A stretch of 63,144 nucleotides of DNA, filler included, from Thelocarpon superellum (lineage: Eukaryota), in the NCBI GenBank assembly GCA_026025795.1. It is 11 parts of 11 records of this genome, joined end to end, with 100 filler letters (N's around TTAATTAATTAA, not from the genome) between each part and the next. Parts side by side here need not be neighbours in the genome. Positions count along the whole stretch, not along the records: positions 1 to 5,899 come from JAPEUG010000698.1; positions 6,000 to 11,892 come from JAPEUG010000699.1; positions 11,993 to 17,845 come from JAPEUG010000700.1; 8 more parts are not named here. One strand, written 5' to 3'. Under the pieces are notes generated by a model that was not told where the DNA came from, did no database searches, and worked only from the letters and a program-made list of their open reading frames with translations. This document shows, one piece after another, positions 1 through 12,034 of this stretch; the stretch's first letter is position 1; each line of letters begins with the position of its first letter. Both the position numbers and the translations under genes were made by a program.

Positions 1-408
1 GCCCTGTACAATAGCTCGCGGAATAGCCTCCGCAGACTAGACCACCCATTCCAGCCTACAACTCGGGGTGCGTCAGTACCGAGCCTTGCCACGCGGACAG
101 TGGCCCCACGACCCTACGACGCACTGGCGTCGTGGCTGGTGCGCGTGCTCAGCCGCAACCAGTGCCCTCTGGTCGTAGTTCACGAGCCCGCAGCCCTTCC
201 ATCCCACCTCGATGAGCCCCCCCCCGCAACTCAGGACGACCATCGCGTTACAAGTACGGAGTACTGCCGTTGACCCTTGCCATCCTCCCACCTCTCGCGA
301 CACTTGGCTCACCCCGGCGTCTGCATCTACACCTACATCCACACGCAGGCGATAGTGATCCGGCTCTCCGCCCCCCAAGGCTGTACTGGATCCGCGCTCC
401 TCGCTCAG

Positions 409-2260
409 ATGTCCGGATATGCGCCCTACCCCCAGAGCTCGGTGGATCAGCATGAGGCCGCATCGCCCATCAACCAGGAGGGCCCCTCGCATGCCCCGCC
501 GAATTTGCCCGAAGGCTGGTGAGTGCACCGAGAGGACCACCCACACCGCAACCCGCGACATTTCACTCACTTCCCTCGCCGTGTAGGATCGCGCAATGGG
601 ATGGCAGCTCGCGCAAGTACTACTTCGTCCAGCTAAGCAGTGGCGTATCGCAGTGGGACGTCCCAACCCAGGCTGCCCCCACCGTACCTACCCCCAATAT
701 CACCCCCCAACACACCACTGGACCCTTCGCCCAGCCCTCGGAGCCGGCAGTGGAGACGCCTGGTGATAGCAGGCCGCCCACGACCACGGCGGAGGGCTCT
801 GACGCAGAGCTCAGTGGAGAAGGCACAGAGCGGGGCCTTGGAGTAAGCACGCTCCGGACCCGCGCACACACTAGTGCACACGCACCCGCGACCGTGGGCT
901 GACAGGCGGCTTGTGGGGATAGACTGTCGCGATGAAGATGCTGCTCAGCGGCGGCGGGAAGCAGAATAGTAACCAATCGGGCTTTAGTGGTCTCGCCAGC
1001 TCCTTGCTCGGAGGATCACATTCCCAGGGTGGATCGCAGGGGAGCGGATCCGGTGGTGGACTGGTCGGCCAGGTCGGGCATCTTGCCGAAAATTTCTTGA
1101 GTGGCAACAAGCCCCCGGGAGGCGCGGGAGGATCCGGCAGTGCGCAAGGAAACAAACCGCCAGGCGGGCTGATGGGACTGGCAGGAAGCTTCTTGGGCGG
1201 ATCTTCGAAACCGCCGCGACCATCCAGCTCACAAGGAGGCAACTCGTCATCGGGAGGTGGCCAGTACGGCGCTTCCACGGGCTACGGAGGCAATTACGGA
1301 GGCGGCCAACAGGGCTATGGCCCACCCGGCGGAGCGTCGCCCAACGTGGGAGGCTATCAGGGTCAGGGTGGTCCACCGTCAAACCAGTCGGGCGGACAGT
1401 ACGGTTCGACCCTTCCGAGCCATGGCTTTGCGCCGCAGTCAGGGCCGTACCAAGGTCCGAGCAATTACCCGCCGCAGAATTACGGTCCTCCGTCGCCGTA
1501 TCAACAGGGTGCGGGGCAAGGGCAGGGCCACGTGCAAGGGCAAGGGCAAGGGCAGGGTTACGTGCAAGGGCAAGGGCAAGGGCAGGGATACGCGGCACAG
1601 TCGTCGAACCCGGGATCGCAGGGCTATGCCTATCCGAACCAGCAGAGCCAGACGCCGGCTTACGGCCCATCGGGTCATGGCTTTGCCCCCAATCCTTCGC
1701 CAAATCTCGGGTACCCCAATCATCCTCAGCCGCAGTCCGCAGGCCCATCGCCGGCGCAGTATGGCCAGGGCCCGCCCACGTCAGGTGCGCCGCCAAGCGG
1801 AGGGCCGCAGCCATATGGCGCATACGGCAACTTCCCCCCTCCGCCGTCGAATCCCAACCTACCTCCCATTAGTCCAGGTAGCGGAGGAACCGCGGCGACC
1901 CAGTACCCGCCCCCGCCGCAGATGTACTCCACGGCTGGTGGTCATGGTGCCGCGACATCGCAGTCCCAACCAGGCCAATATCCGCCGCCACCTTCTGGAC
2001 AGTATCCGCCGCCTCCGGCGCCGATGGGCTCGCACCCCAATAGCCAAGCACCGGGCGCTGGCCAGGCTCCCCCTCCTCCACAGTCGTCGTATCCAGGCCC
2101 GCCAAGTGGACCTCCCTACCCCACAACCACGCCAGGACAAGGCCAGGGCCAGGGCCAGGGCCAGGGCCAAGGTTCCGCGTCATCCCAAGCATACGGCTCC
2201 GCGGCGGGGTATGGGACCTACGCCCCGCCGCCTTCGTCCAGTTGGCAGGGTGGCCGTTGA
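409..2260 (+). CDS. WW-domain protein with long Gly/Gln/Pro/Tyr-rich low-complexity C-terminus (Wwm1-like architecture); 3 exons (409-518, 587-842, 923-2260)
   Basis: Spliced translation gives LPEGWIAQWDGSSRKYYFVQLSSGVSQWDVP (WW signature). GT-AG introns at 519-586 and 843-922. The last exon contains the 442-aa ORF with GQ repeats and YPPPP motifs. Confidence 0.8.
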
Positions 2261-2950
2261 CGACAGACAAGCACGGCTGGGTGATGTGTGGTATGTGCCG
2301 ATGACACGATGAAATGGATCGACGGTGTAGAATTCGTTGGAATGGTTTCGATCATGGTTCTGATCTGCAGGTGTGCTATGTCTGCTCGCATAAAGTCCTC
2401 GTGCCCAGCATCGTGCGAGAAGCCCGGTCGTGTTCCGAGCAATCACGAGTAGTGCGACTCGCACGTTCGAATCAAGACTCGTTCTTCCCCAAGATTATTG
2501 GCTGCGAGAATTACCGCTGCCGCTGCCGCTGCCGCTGCCCCAGGCCGGAGGGCCTAGTCGATAGACTCGCCGGAAAAGGCAAAAGTGGCGTCGCCGTGTG
2601 CCAGGGGTCAGCCTTGACTTCGGCACGACCCAGCTCCGGCTCGCCAGGAGTGGCACATGCGGGCCAGAAGCCGACGCACCAATCGTAAGAACTCCCTACC
2701 TAGGCCGAGCCTAAAGCTCGCCGCGAGAACAAGCGCCCTGGCACTGTGGCCGGTCCACGTCCATCAGGTCGAAGAGTGGACGGTGCAAGGAGAGCTGTTG
2801 TACCTGTACCCGTAGATCGCCTGCACCTCATCCGGCTCCCCAAGCTCAGGTGAGGCGATGCCCTCAAGTGGTGCACCCCTGGCCAGTGACACGACTCCCA
2901 CCATCGTACCGAGAGCGTGACGCGTGGCGACCAGAGCGGGCGCGGCGGGC

Positions 2951-4387
2951 ATGACCTCCACCATGAGCACCATCGCGCCAGTCACCCCCGAGCGGAGGAG
3001 GCAGATCCTCCGCGTGCTGTTCGTCTCGCTGCTGCTGGACTTGGTACCGTGCACCGCTCCCATGGCCGACGGAGGCAGCAACTGATCCTCCCAGATCTCC
3101 TTTACCTTCATCCTGCCGCTGTTCCCCAAGCTCCTCGAATTCTATCGGAACGTCGAAGCCGAGCAGGGCGCCTCCAACTCGCTCCTGAGCCGCACCCTAC
3201 TCGGCTTGAATGCGTACAAGAATGCCTTCGCTCGCCCCATCAACGACCGCTATGACATCGTCCTGCTGGGCGGGGCCATGGGCTCGCTCTTTTCCTTCCT
3301 CCAGGCCGTCGCCTCGCCCGTCATCGGCCGCTTGTCGGACCGGCATGGACGCCGGACGGCGCTGCTCTGGTCCATGGCCGGGAACCTGCTCTCCGTCGCG
3401 CTCTGGGTCGTCGCCGTCGACTTCCGTACCTTCGTCGCCAGCCGCGTCGTTGGCGGGCTCAGCGAGGGCAACATCCAGCTCGCCACCTCCATCGCGACCG
3501 ACATCAGCGACGAGAAGTCGCGTGGGAGCACCATGGCGCTGATCGGCGTGTGCTTTAGCATCGCCTTCACCTTTGGTCCGGCCTTGGGCGCCACTCTCGC
3601 CAGCGTCAACAGCATTGCCGCCAATCCCTTTGCCACCGCCGCCGGCTTCTCGCTGTTTCTCATCGTCGTCGAGACGATCTACTTGTACCGCTACCTCCCC
3701 GAGACGCTACCGTCCATGTCCGAGTCGGCCTCGTCGGCGCGCGGCAATGGCAAGCAGACCAAGGCGACGGCACCCGCGTCGTCGCACGTCCGTGCCAACA
3801 GCCACCTCCTCCTCAACCTCACTCATTTGCTCTTCATCCTCTTCTTTTCCGGCATGGAATTCTCCTTTCCCTTCATGACGTACGATCTATTCTCCTACGG
3901 TGCGAGCCAATCTGGTCGATTGCTTGGCTTCATCGGGCTCATCGCCACGATCCTCGAGGGCTCCCTGACCCGGCGACTCCCATCGCTGCGCATGGTCCAG
4001 CTCGGCGTCACCAGCTGTGCCGTCAGCTTTTTCCTCCTTGGGCGGATGCAGTCCGAGGGCATGCTTTATCTGGCCGCAGCGCTCTTGGCCGTGACGAACG
4101 CCACCGTCGTCACTGGATTGAAAAGCCTGTCAAGTCTTGAGGCCGGGCCCAACGAGCGGGGAGAGAAGCTAGGCAACCACCGCAGCTGGGGTATGTGACA
4201 TTGCCGATGCAGTGCTGCCCCAAGCCACCGCTAATTGTGCGTAGGTCAAGTCGGCAGGGCATTGGGTCCGTTGATCTTTTGTTCGCTCTACTGGTGGGCA
4301 GGGAGAAGCGTAGCATACTCCGTCGGCGGAGTCGGCATGTTGGGCGTGTGCACCTTGGTATTCACCGGCCTGACGGCTCCATCATGA
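2951..4387 (+). CDS. MFS transporter (tetracycline-efflux/MFSD10-like), 2 introns
   Basis: N-terminus LFVSLLLDL|ISFTFILPLFP after splicing, MFS motif A GRLSDRHGRR, many hydrophobic helices, last exon GQVGRALGPLIFCSLYWWAG...stop 4387. Confidence 0.85.
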
Positions 4388-4860
4388 ACGTCGAGCTCCC
4401 CCGGACGATCTTTGACCGGGGGTACCTGTGTAGACTGTATTTTCCATGAAGGCCCTTGGATCTCGACGGGAACAAGGCGAAAAGGCAACCGGACGAATAG
4501 CACTGTGTGTTTGATTACGTAATCCGCCTCCTCACCGCCTGAGAAATGATATACAAGGGATGGCCAGCTCGGCGGTTTCGTTTCCTTCTCACCACCACGG
4601 CAACCATGATACGCAGACAGTCATCCAGCCCTCCGGAGCTGACCACGCCGTCGCGCACCGCCCTCAAGGATGTCCTTGAACCCCCCCATAGCCCCAACGG
4701 AGGGGTCCAAGAGAGGTGACCTCTATCCTCTTCCTCCGGCGGCGTCCTGTTCTCGCAGTTCCCGTCGAGCCCGTTCCCCGCTTCTTTTGCATCGTCCGTC
4801 TTCCCGCGAGCGCGCCATTGTTAGATCGTTCATCAGTGCCCCTGGAGAAAGGTCGCCATC

Positions 4861-5899
4861 ATGCGCTTCGAAGACCTCCCGACGGAGCTCGTGCTACATG
4901 TCTTCCGGTCCTGCTCGTCCGTGGCCGACGTGCTGAACCTCGCATCGGCCTCGCATCGCTTCCACAGAGCAGTCACACCGTCGCAGAAGCTTCCCATCCT
5001 CTTCCACGCGGCCGAAGCCCAATATGGACCCCTCGACGACGCCATCCAGCTTGTCACGCACAATCAGAGTCAACCCGCCCACCTCGCCCGGCGCGTCCCC
5101 TTCTCGCAGGCGCTGCTGGAGCAGCTCATGGCCGTGGGTGGCGTCGCGAGGCAATGGGAGGAGATCTACCCGGCCAAGAAATGGAAGGCCAACTTTGAGG
5201 ATCGCCGGCTGCTGACCGACGCGGAGCGATACCGTCTGCGACGCGCCGTCTATCGGCTGTGGCTCTACGACAAGGCCTTTCACAACCGGAGCTTCCCCCG
5301 TTTCTCGCGCCTCCAACGCTCCGTCATCCTCGAGCGAGCCGAGCTGCTCCACAACTGGCCCACCGGCGAGCTGGCGGAGATGGAGGATGCCCGGCACGTC
5401 CTCCGCGAGGTCCTGCAAAACCACATCTGTCCCAGCAACGGCACCATCCAACGAAAGGTCCGCAAACGTTTCCCCGACGTCGAACCACAGCTCTTGTTCA
5501 ATATCCACCTCAACTATCCCCCGCCACCTTCCCAATACCAGCAACACTTTCACACCGCGCACCAGATCACGGCGTCCAACAAGTACTATACCAAATATTC
5601 CATGGCCGCGCCACACGACCTTGGCGCCGAAGGCTGGGGCGATGAGATTCCGCATTACTATCTCGTCGAAGACATGCTGAAGCTGGACCCCGGCCAGATC
5701 TTGTGGCTACGCGAGAATGCGCCGCTGAAGGGGCAGGTAGAGACGTTCGTGCGCACGCTCGGGGAGTGGTTCGAGAACAATGGCGAGACCTTTGGCCAGA
5801 CGTTGGATTGGGTGGTCGCGGAACGAGGAGGCGTCGTCGACGAGCTGCGCGAAGGCATCGAGCTGAACGACGAGGGGGTGGTCCGCGCCGAGTCGGCCT
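4861..5899 (+). CDS. F-box-like domain protein, runs off the contig end
   Basis: Uninterrupted ORF starting FEDLPTELVLHVFRSCSSVADVLNLA (F-box-like pattern); no stop before the spacer. Confidence 0.65.
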
Positions 5900-5999
5900 N
5901 NNNNNNNNNNNNNNNNNNNNNNNNNNNNNNNNNNNNNNNNNNNTTAATTAATTAANNNNNNNNNNNNNNNNNNNNNNNNNNNNNNNNNNNNNNNNNNNN
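5900..5999. other. Artificial contig spacer
   Basis: N44-TTAATTAATTAA-N44 (stops in all six frames). Confidence 0.98.
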
Positions 6000-6674
6000 G
6001 ACGAAGAGAAAGTGATTGGCGGGGTCACGGCCTATCCCATCCGGACGCGGAAGTATCGCCCCGAAGAGGTGCAACGGATGATTCAACAAGACATGGGTCG
6101 GCTAGGCACCGAGGTTGTTGTGCTGAACGTCGGCGCTTCGCTCCGATTGACTCCGTGACCATCTGGAACATGACAGCAATGGATGTTGGCGTTTGAGGGG
6201 GGGGCAAGCAGCTTTGAATTCTTGGTCATCGGCCTTCACGGCTTGGGAGAGGGTTGGGCCAGGCGTTGTTGCAAATGTGGGAAAGGATTGGGCGAATGGC
6301 GTGGCAGCGACGGCGACGATTTAAGGCAATCCTGGCGAACACGGGAGGTGTGGTGGGCGGCCTTTGCGTCGTAGAGATGTCGGCCAAATTCATCCCTCTT
6401 ATCCTATGATTCCATCACCATCACAATCCCACAACTGATCCAACAGAACCATGCCTCATGGGCATGTGCAGCAGTAGTGCGTGTGCGATATCCTCTGCCA
6501 GTGTCTGAACCACACAGAAAGGGCATGTGGAAACCGCGGGCAACTGCAGCCGACACGGACGTAGCGATGATGCGTCTCTGGTCTACCGTATCGTCGTGAG
6601 CTTCCCTCTGTCTTCAAGCATCTTCGGAAACGACGACTCGCGAGAGACAATTCGCACTTGAACCATCTGCAAGT

Positions 6675-7263
6675 ATGGCGCCGACGAGCCTCTTCCCCAT
6701 TGTCCTTGGCTTGGGCCGACGACTGATCTCCCCTACTCATCTCAATCTCCGGTTGCGGTCCCGGCAGGCCTTCCACACCAGTCGCCGGTTGATGGAGACG
6801 CCTACGGCCGCGCTCCCAATTCGCAAACCCGTGGGTGCTTTCCGCGGCGGGTGAGTGATGCTCACCTCTTATCATGATCTCGATCTCCGCGTGGCTTTGA
6901 TGCCAGTCGTGGCTTTTTAGACCATCACTCTCTCCCAGGCTCCGAGTCGCTGACCACCCATCTGTCCCTCGCTCTAGACTCTTCGGATTCCTTCTGGGGT
7001 CGACCATCGCCGGGGCCAGCGTGTATTACTACATCTTGGAAGAATACAAGGTGTCCAACGAGCTCCTGACGGAGGATATCTACGTACGCGTCCTATCCGT
7101 CTGCCGGGATACCTCTTGCTGTCGCGGGGCCGGGCCTCGATTCCTTGCTGACCCGTTCTTCATGTTGGCAACGCAGGCACTACAGGCTGCCGTCCAACGG
7201 ATTCACACGTACGTGCAAGGACTTGAAGAGAAAGTGACGCTCTTGGAGCAAAAGAGAAGATGA
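6675..7263 (+). CDS. Small probable mitochondrial single-pass membrane protein; exons 6675-6850, 6978-7083, 7177-7263
   Basis: Spliced product MAPTSLFPIVLGLGRRLISPTHLNLRLRSRQAFHTSRRLMETPTAALPIRKPVGAFRGGLFGFLLGSTIAGASVYYYILEEYKVSNELLTEDIYALQAAVQRIHTYVQGLEEKVTLLEQKRR. Canonical GTGAGT..TAG and GTACGC..CAG introns with CTGAC branch sites. Confidence 0.8.
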
Positions 7264-7637
7264 TGGACTTGTATCACGAGGGTGGTGGGCAAAGAGCAGG
7301 ATGTGACGCCCGTGGTGGGAGGTTTTCTAATCTTGATTTCAATCAAGCCATGGGCTCTATACCTCGACATTGGCGGCAACATCGGCTCGCCAAGTCCAAT
7401 CATGCACGATCATTGGCTTAATGTACCGTGCTCCGGGCGGTTCGTTTGTAACCTGCTGGATCTGTGACCTTCGGACCACAAGAGCTGGCGATCGCTTATA
7501 GCGTGTAGCGAGACATACCTCGTACCTGCGAGTATGTCGTAGTGCATAGTGGCGAAGAAGAATGATAGGACATACGAACAGCAGGAAATAGATGGCCGAA
7601 CCAACAGCAAGCACTCACACATCTCACGACGAGGATC

Positions 7638-8547
7638 ATGCCTCACATCGAAGTGCTCCCCAACTCGGCCTCAGCGCCGGCGCCTGGATGGGCGTATGTC
7701 CCGGACACCGGCTTTGATCCCTCCAAAGCCCCAATCCAAGCGTCCGGATCCCGACAACGGGCGGCTCGCCAGGTGGCCGTCGCCGGAGGCCATGAGGGGA
7801 GCGTCCGACAGCACAATGCCATTCTCCGACATTTGGCCGACCTGGATAAGGACAATCACCGGGAGGTGCAGATTCCGGTCCCAGTGAGGCAGCGCGATGG
7901 GGCTGGACGAGGTCAGTCACTTCCCCCATACCTCGTTCCAATACTGAAACGCCATCACAGCCTCCCGTGGCAAGGTGACGCCAACGGTACGACGAATCTT
8001 GGGTTCGCAGAAGACCTTTGCCAATTATCTCGCCGACGAAGAGGCGCTCCTATCCACCCAACCTCAAGGCACGGGGCCACCAACGGCAGGTGGACGTGCA
8101 GGCACCTCGACCTTCAAGGCCGTTAACCCTTCTATCGCCCGCGCGAAAAGGGCAACGGTCACGAAGCCAGCCCGGACCACGCCCATGGAGGGGGTGGAGT
8201 CTGCAAAGGACCCTCGACCGCCCTCGGCTTCTGAGACGACCTCACAACCATTCCCCGCCTCGGCAGACGCATCGTCCACATCTGCGGACAATGCTGATCC
8301 GTTGCTTAAATCTTACATTCCCGTGATACCGCCCTCGGAAGTTTTGGCTGATCTCCTCAAAACTGCGCCCCTGTCATATGCAGCAGCACGGGCCGCACCG
8401 CCATCATCTGCCGTCCCCCCACGTCGATTCTGTGAAATCTGTGGGTATTGGGGCATGGTCAAGTGCACCAAGTGCGGGGCAAGGGTTTGCGGACTTGAGT
8501 GTAAAGGCGTCCACGACGAGGGCCGGTGTCTGAAGTTCTATGCCTGA
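7638..8547 (+). CDS. VPS71: SWR1 complex subunit Vps71/Swc6 (HIT zinc finger), 1 intron near 7912-7960
   Basis: RILGSQKTFANYLADEE segment and C-terminal CEICGYWGMVKCTKCGARVCGLECKGVHDEGRC zf-HIT. Confidence 0.8.
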
Positions 8548-9194
8548 GCTTTGAGGGCAGCACTGAAGAACATGTCGGCCGCATATTCCCCACCGCTCCA
8601 CCCCACTGAGCGTGCATGCAATATTGCTTATCGATCAAGGTTTGTACGAGTCGGCCAATCCCAGAGTGAGGACCCTATCGCCACGGCCCAGCCTATCGTC
8701 ACGACCCAAGCACGATCGAAGTGAAGACGATCTTTTCCGGGCCGTTTTCAATTGCTTCTCTCTACATTCCACACACGATCGTAGATTCGCTTCGTAGGCA
8801 CGCCTCGCGATGCCAAAGATCGTGCCTTGTCTCCCAATGTCAAGTTCCTTGAGGCTGAGTTGTCCAGTGCACAGTCTTGCGTGCTGCGTTCCCACGCCGT
8901 CTTGGCGACGTTCACCTCTCCAGCCATCTACGACCGGGCTCTAAGACGCTCCTCCCCCGGATCACGCCGGAGATGGACGCGTCGGTAGAAAGAGGGAAGG
9001 ATGATCGGCCCAATGCCTGATTGAACTCCCTTCTGCTTTCCTGATCCCACAACTTCCCGGATTCTTTCCTCCGGTGTCTGCGATCCATACGAGGTGGAGA
9101 CCGCCCGGAAGGACGCGGGAGCGGTGAAGCAGGGGAGCAGCGACGCCGTCTTGCCCGCCACTGGACTATCTCAAGGTCATCTTTCTTCATCCTC

Positions 9195-11892
9195 GTGTGC
9201 TCGGCGTCTAGCATCGGTCGAGATGAAGACAAGCGAAGATTGATCAAGAGTAGCCTCCGGCATCTCTCAATAGGTTACCCTCTACTCTCTCCAGCAGTTC
9301 TAGGGCGGTTCGGAAGGATGAATTCCCATACCATGCTCCGCACAGGCACGGAGACGGGCGAGAATGGAGAATTCGCCGTCAAGCCCTCCCGGGTACCAAG
9401 GCACCCAGGGCGAGACTTTCCTGGGATCGCACCGGTCGAGGATACCCACGGACGCCGTGCCATGTCCGCACGGTCGACCAAGACGTCGAGACCTCAGCGA
9501 CAGCAGCTTTCCACGTTACCCAACGGTCTCGGATCATTCCCTTCGAACCTACCGTCAATCCATGTTCGCGATCTAGACGCCAGCCGCCGGCCGTCTCCTG
9601 GTGAGCCCAGTCACTCTCTGCAAGGAACCCAGTTCCAACGTCCCAATGGCATGCCACAGCGGAACGCTGTCGCCCCGGACCGCTCGTTGACTGGTGGGGA
9701 ACATCGCGGCCATGGGAGAGGCTCGACGCGGGGGCGACCATGCCCACCTTATGGCATGGAATACAAGCCTCCAACAGACCGCCGACCTACGGGAAGCCCC
9801 TCTGATCCGCGAGTCGAGATCCCGCGAGCTCCAGAGAGTGTCCCCTTGCTCTCATCGGCCTCCTCGTCCGCCAATCTCCGCACTCCCGGCGCCCTACCGT
9901 ACTTGCAGGCGGGATCGCTGCGATCTATGAGCCGTCTTGCTCCGCCAAAGGATCGGTTCAACCAAAGCCAGCGGACTTTTACCCTTGGCTCCATTCCTTC
10001 TGCGCTAAGCAGCTGCGTTGGGATCGAAGATGGTGTTGTTCCTGCCTTTCCACCCGTGACATCAAGCTTCCGTACCGGAAAGCCGTCTCCGCTGTACTAC
10101 GACTACTCCGAAGCTTTTGCGGAGCCGCGCGATTATCGGTCCAATTCGATACCTCTGTCACTGTCGGCATCCTATCGTACGCGGGTGCCTCTGCCCCACA
10201 GTCCGTTGGGTCGGTTCCCCTACGATAAGCAAGGAGAGCCAGAGCAGCGTCGAACGTTGTCCGGCAGCTCACCCGATGGCAAAGGAACGCTGACCATACT
10301 GCCCGCCTGCCCCTTGCCCGGACGCGATGCTTCGTCCATGTTCGGCAGAACAGCACTGGATATTGGCATCCAGACCGATGAGAGTCCACACCACGTGGCG
10401 AACCAGTTCGCGAGTGCCGCAAACGGCGAGGGGTGGGCTAAAGTGGGTCCTGATTCAGTCCGACGGAAGAGTTTCTCTCATCACCCCAACTCGACCGATT
10501 CTTTACCCTTCCTCATCCCATCCATCACCACCGATCACCGGGTCAACGTGGAGACACCGCCATCGATATTCACTCTGTCAAACCACAAACATCCTCGTCT
10601 CCGCAAGATGAGCTCCTACGACGGATGCTACCTGGGCGACCGGATTCCGCGTGCTGAAGTCGAGTGGACGACGGTACCCGACGTCTCCTCCACCTTCAGG
10701 GCCTTCTTGGGATGCGATGACTCGTTCGACTACCTCAGCAAAGCAACCATCGTCGAGATTCACGGCTCGGGCCATATCAGGCCGGCTTCTGCCATCCGCC
10801 TTGGTCTCCCACCCAGTCCCGACTTCTCGCGCTCACTCGATCGGATCGACGCCGTCACACCACCCCCAGGCCTTGGACCCCACATCCAACCGGAGCTGCT
10901 TGAAGGACACGATGTGCGTACACTACATGAAGAGCATTCCCCCAACACGGCTTACCCGCCGGGCATGCCCCTTCTTCTTGCCACATCTCCCCGGACTATC
11001 GAGGCGATGATCCCCATCCATCGACATGGGGTCGTCCTGATTGCTTCGCCGCGGCCTTCCACGACGTCGACTGCCACCGACGACGCGGCACAGCTCCTCA
11101 AGCTGAAGGCCAGCTTCCCCTGGTTGACGAGTGATTTACCCAGTGTCTCGGGTGGCTCGTCAGCCTCATCCTCGTCTCCGATGCTCGCCCCGTCGGCAGC
11201 ACCGTCGCTCGGGCTCGCGGACTCCCCGCGAGGCCTAGCTGCGATCTCGGCGGACGCGGTCGATGAGATGGCGAACGTGGCCTCGCCCAACCCGCCAGCC
11301 GTTCCCACGCGATTCAAAGTGAAACTCCGACGTCGAGCGGTGCTGCCGCCGCTCTTGGCGAACGGAGAAATCAACGGTGACGGCGAGGAAGCGAGACGTC
11401 CGGCTAAGTTTCGGTTGCGGAAGACCACGCCCATGTCTCTACCGCCGGCCGAGCCCAGCCGTGTTGGCCGCGTCAGCCTACAGCATTTGACGGCGACGGA
11501 CGAGAATCTGTCAATCAAGAGTAACGAGGAGGGCGAGATTGAGGACGGAGGGTGTGGCAGCTTCGCGCGACGGTTGGGCAAGCGCTTCACACCGTGGCTC
11601 ACGACCTTTGGCTCGGACGAATCGTCCGGGGAGGCGTGCGCGGCAGACAACGACGCCCCCCGCGGTCGGCACGAGGAGATGGCCGTCGTTCCGCCGACGC
11701 GCGAAGTACAGCCGTCGGAGCCACGAAGCTGCTTCTCGGACGACAGTTCGCATGGGGCGGCACCCCAGATGCGAATTCGCATGTCTTCGCTCCGAACGAA
11801 GATTTCCCACGCCAAGTACGAGAAGCGCTCGGATGAGCCGCTGCGGAGCGAGAGGACGGAGGTATCGGGCGGATCAGTCGACGCGGAAAGTA
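9195..11892 (+). CDS. Long Ser/Pro/Arg-rich, probably disordered hypothetical protein; start uncertain, 3' truncated
   Basis: About 900 open codons; no recognisable domain. Confidence 0.6.
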
Positions 11893-11992
11893 NNNNNNNN
11901 NNNNNNNNNNNNNNNNNNNNNNNNNNNNNNNNNNNNTTAATTAATTAANNNNNNNNNNNNNNNNNNNNNNNNNNNNNNNNNNNNNNNNNNNN
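11893..11992. other. Artificial contig spacer
   Basis: Identical N/TTAATTAATTAA/N linker. Confidence 0.98.
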
Positions 11993-12034
11993 GACTTGCA
12001 TGGGTGGGTGACAGTGATTGAGTGAGGAAAGACA

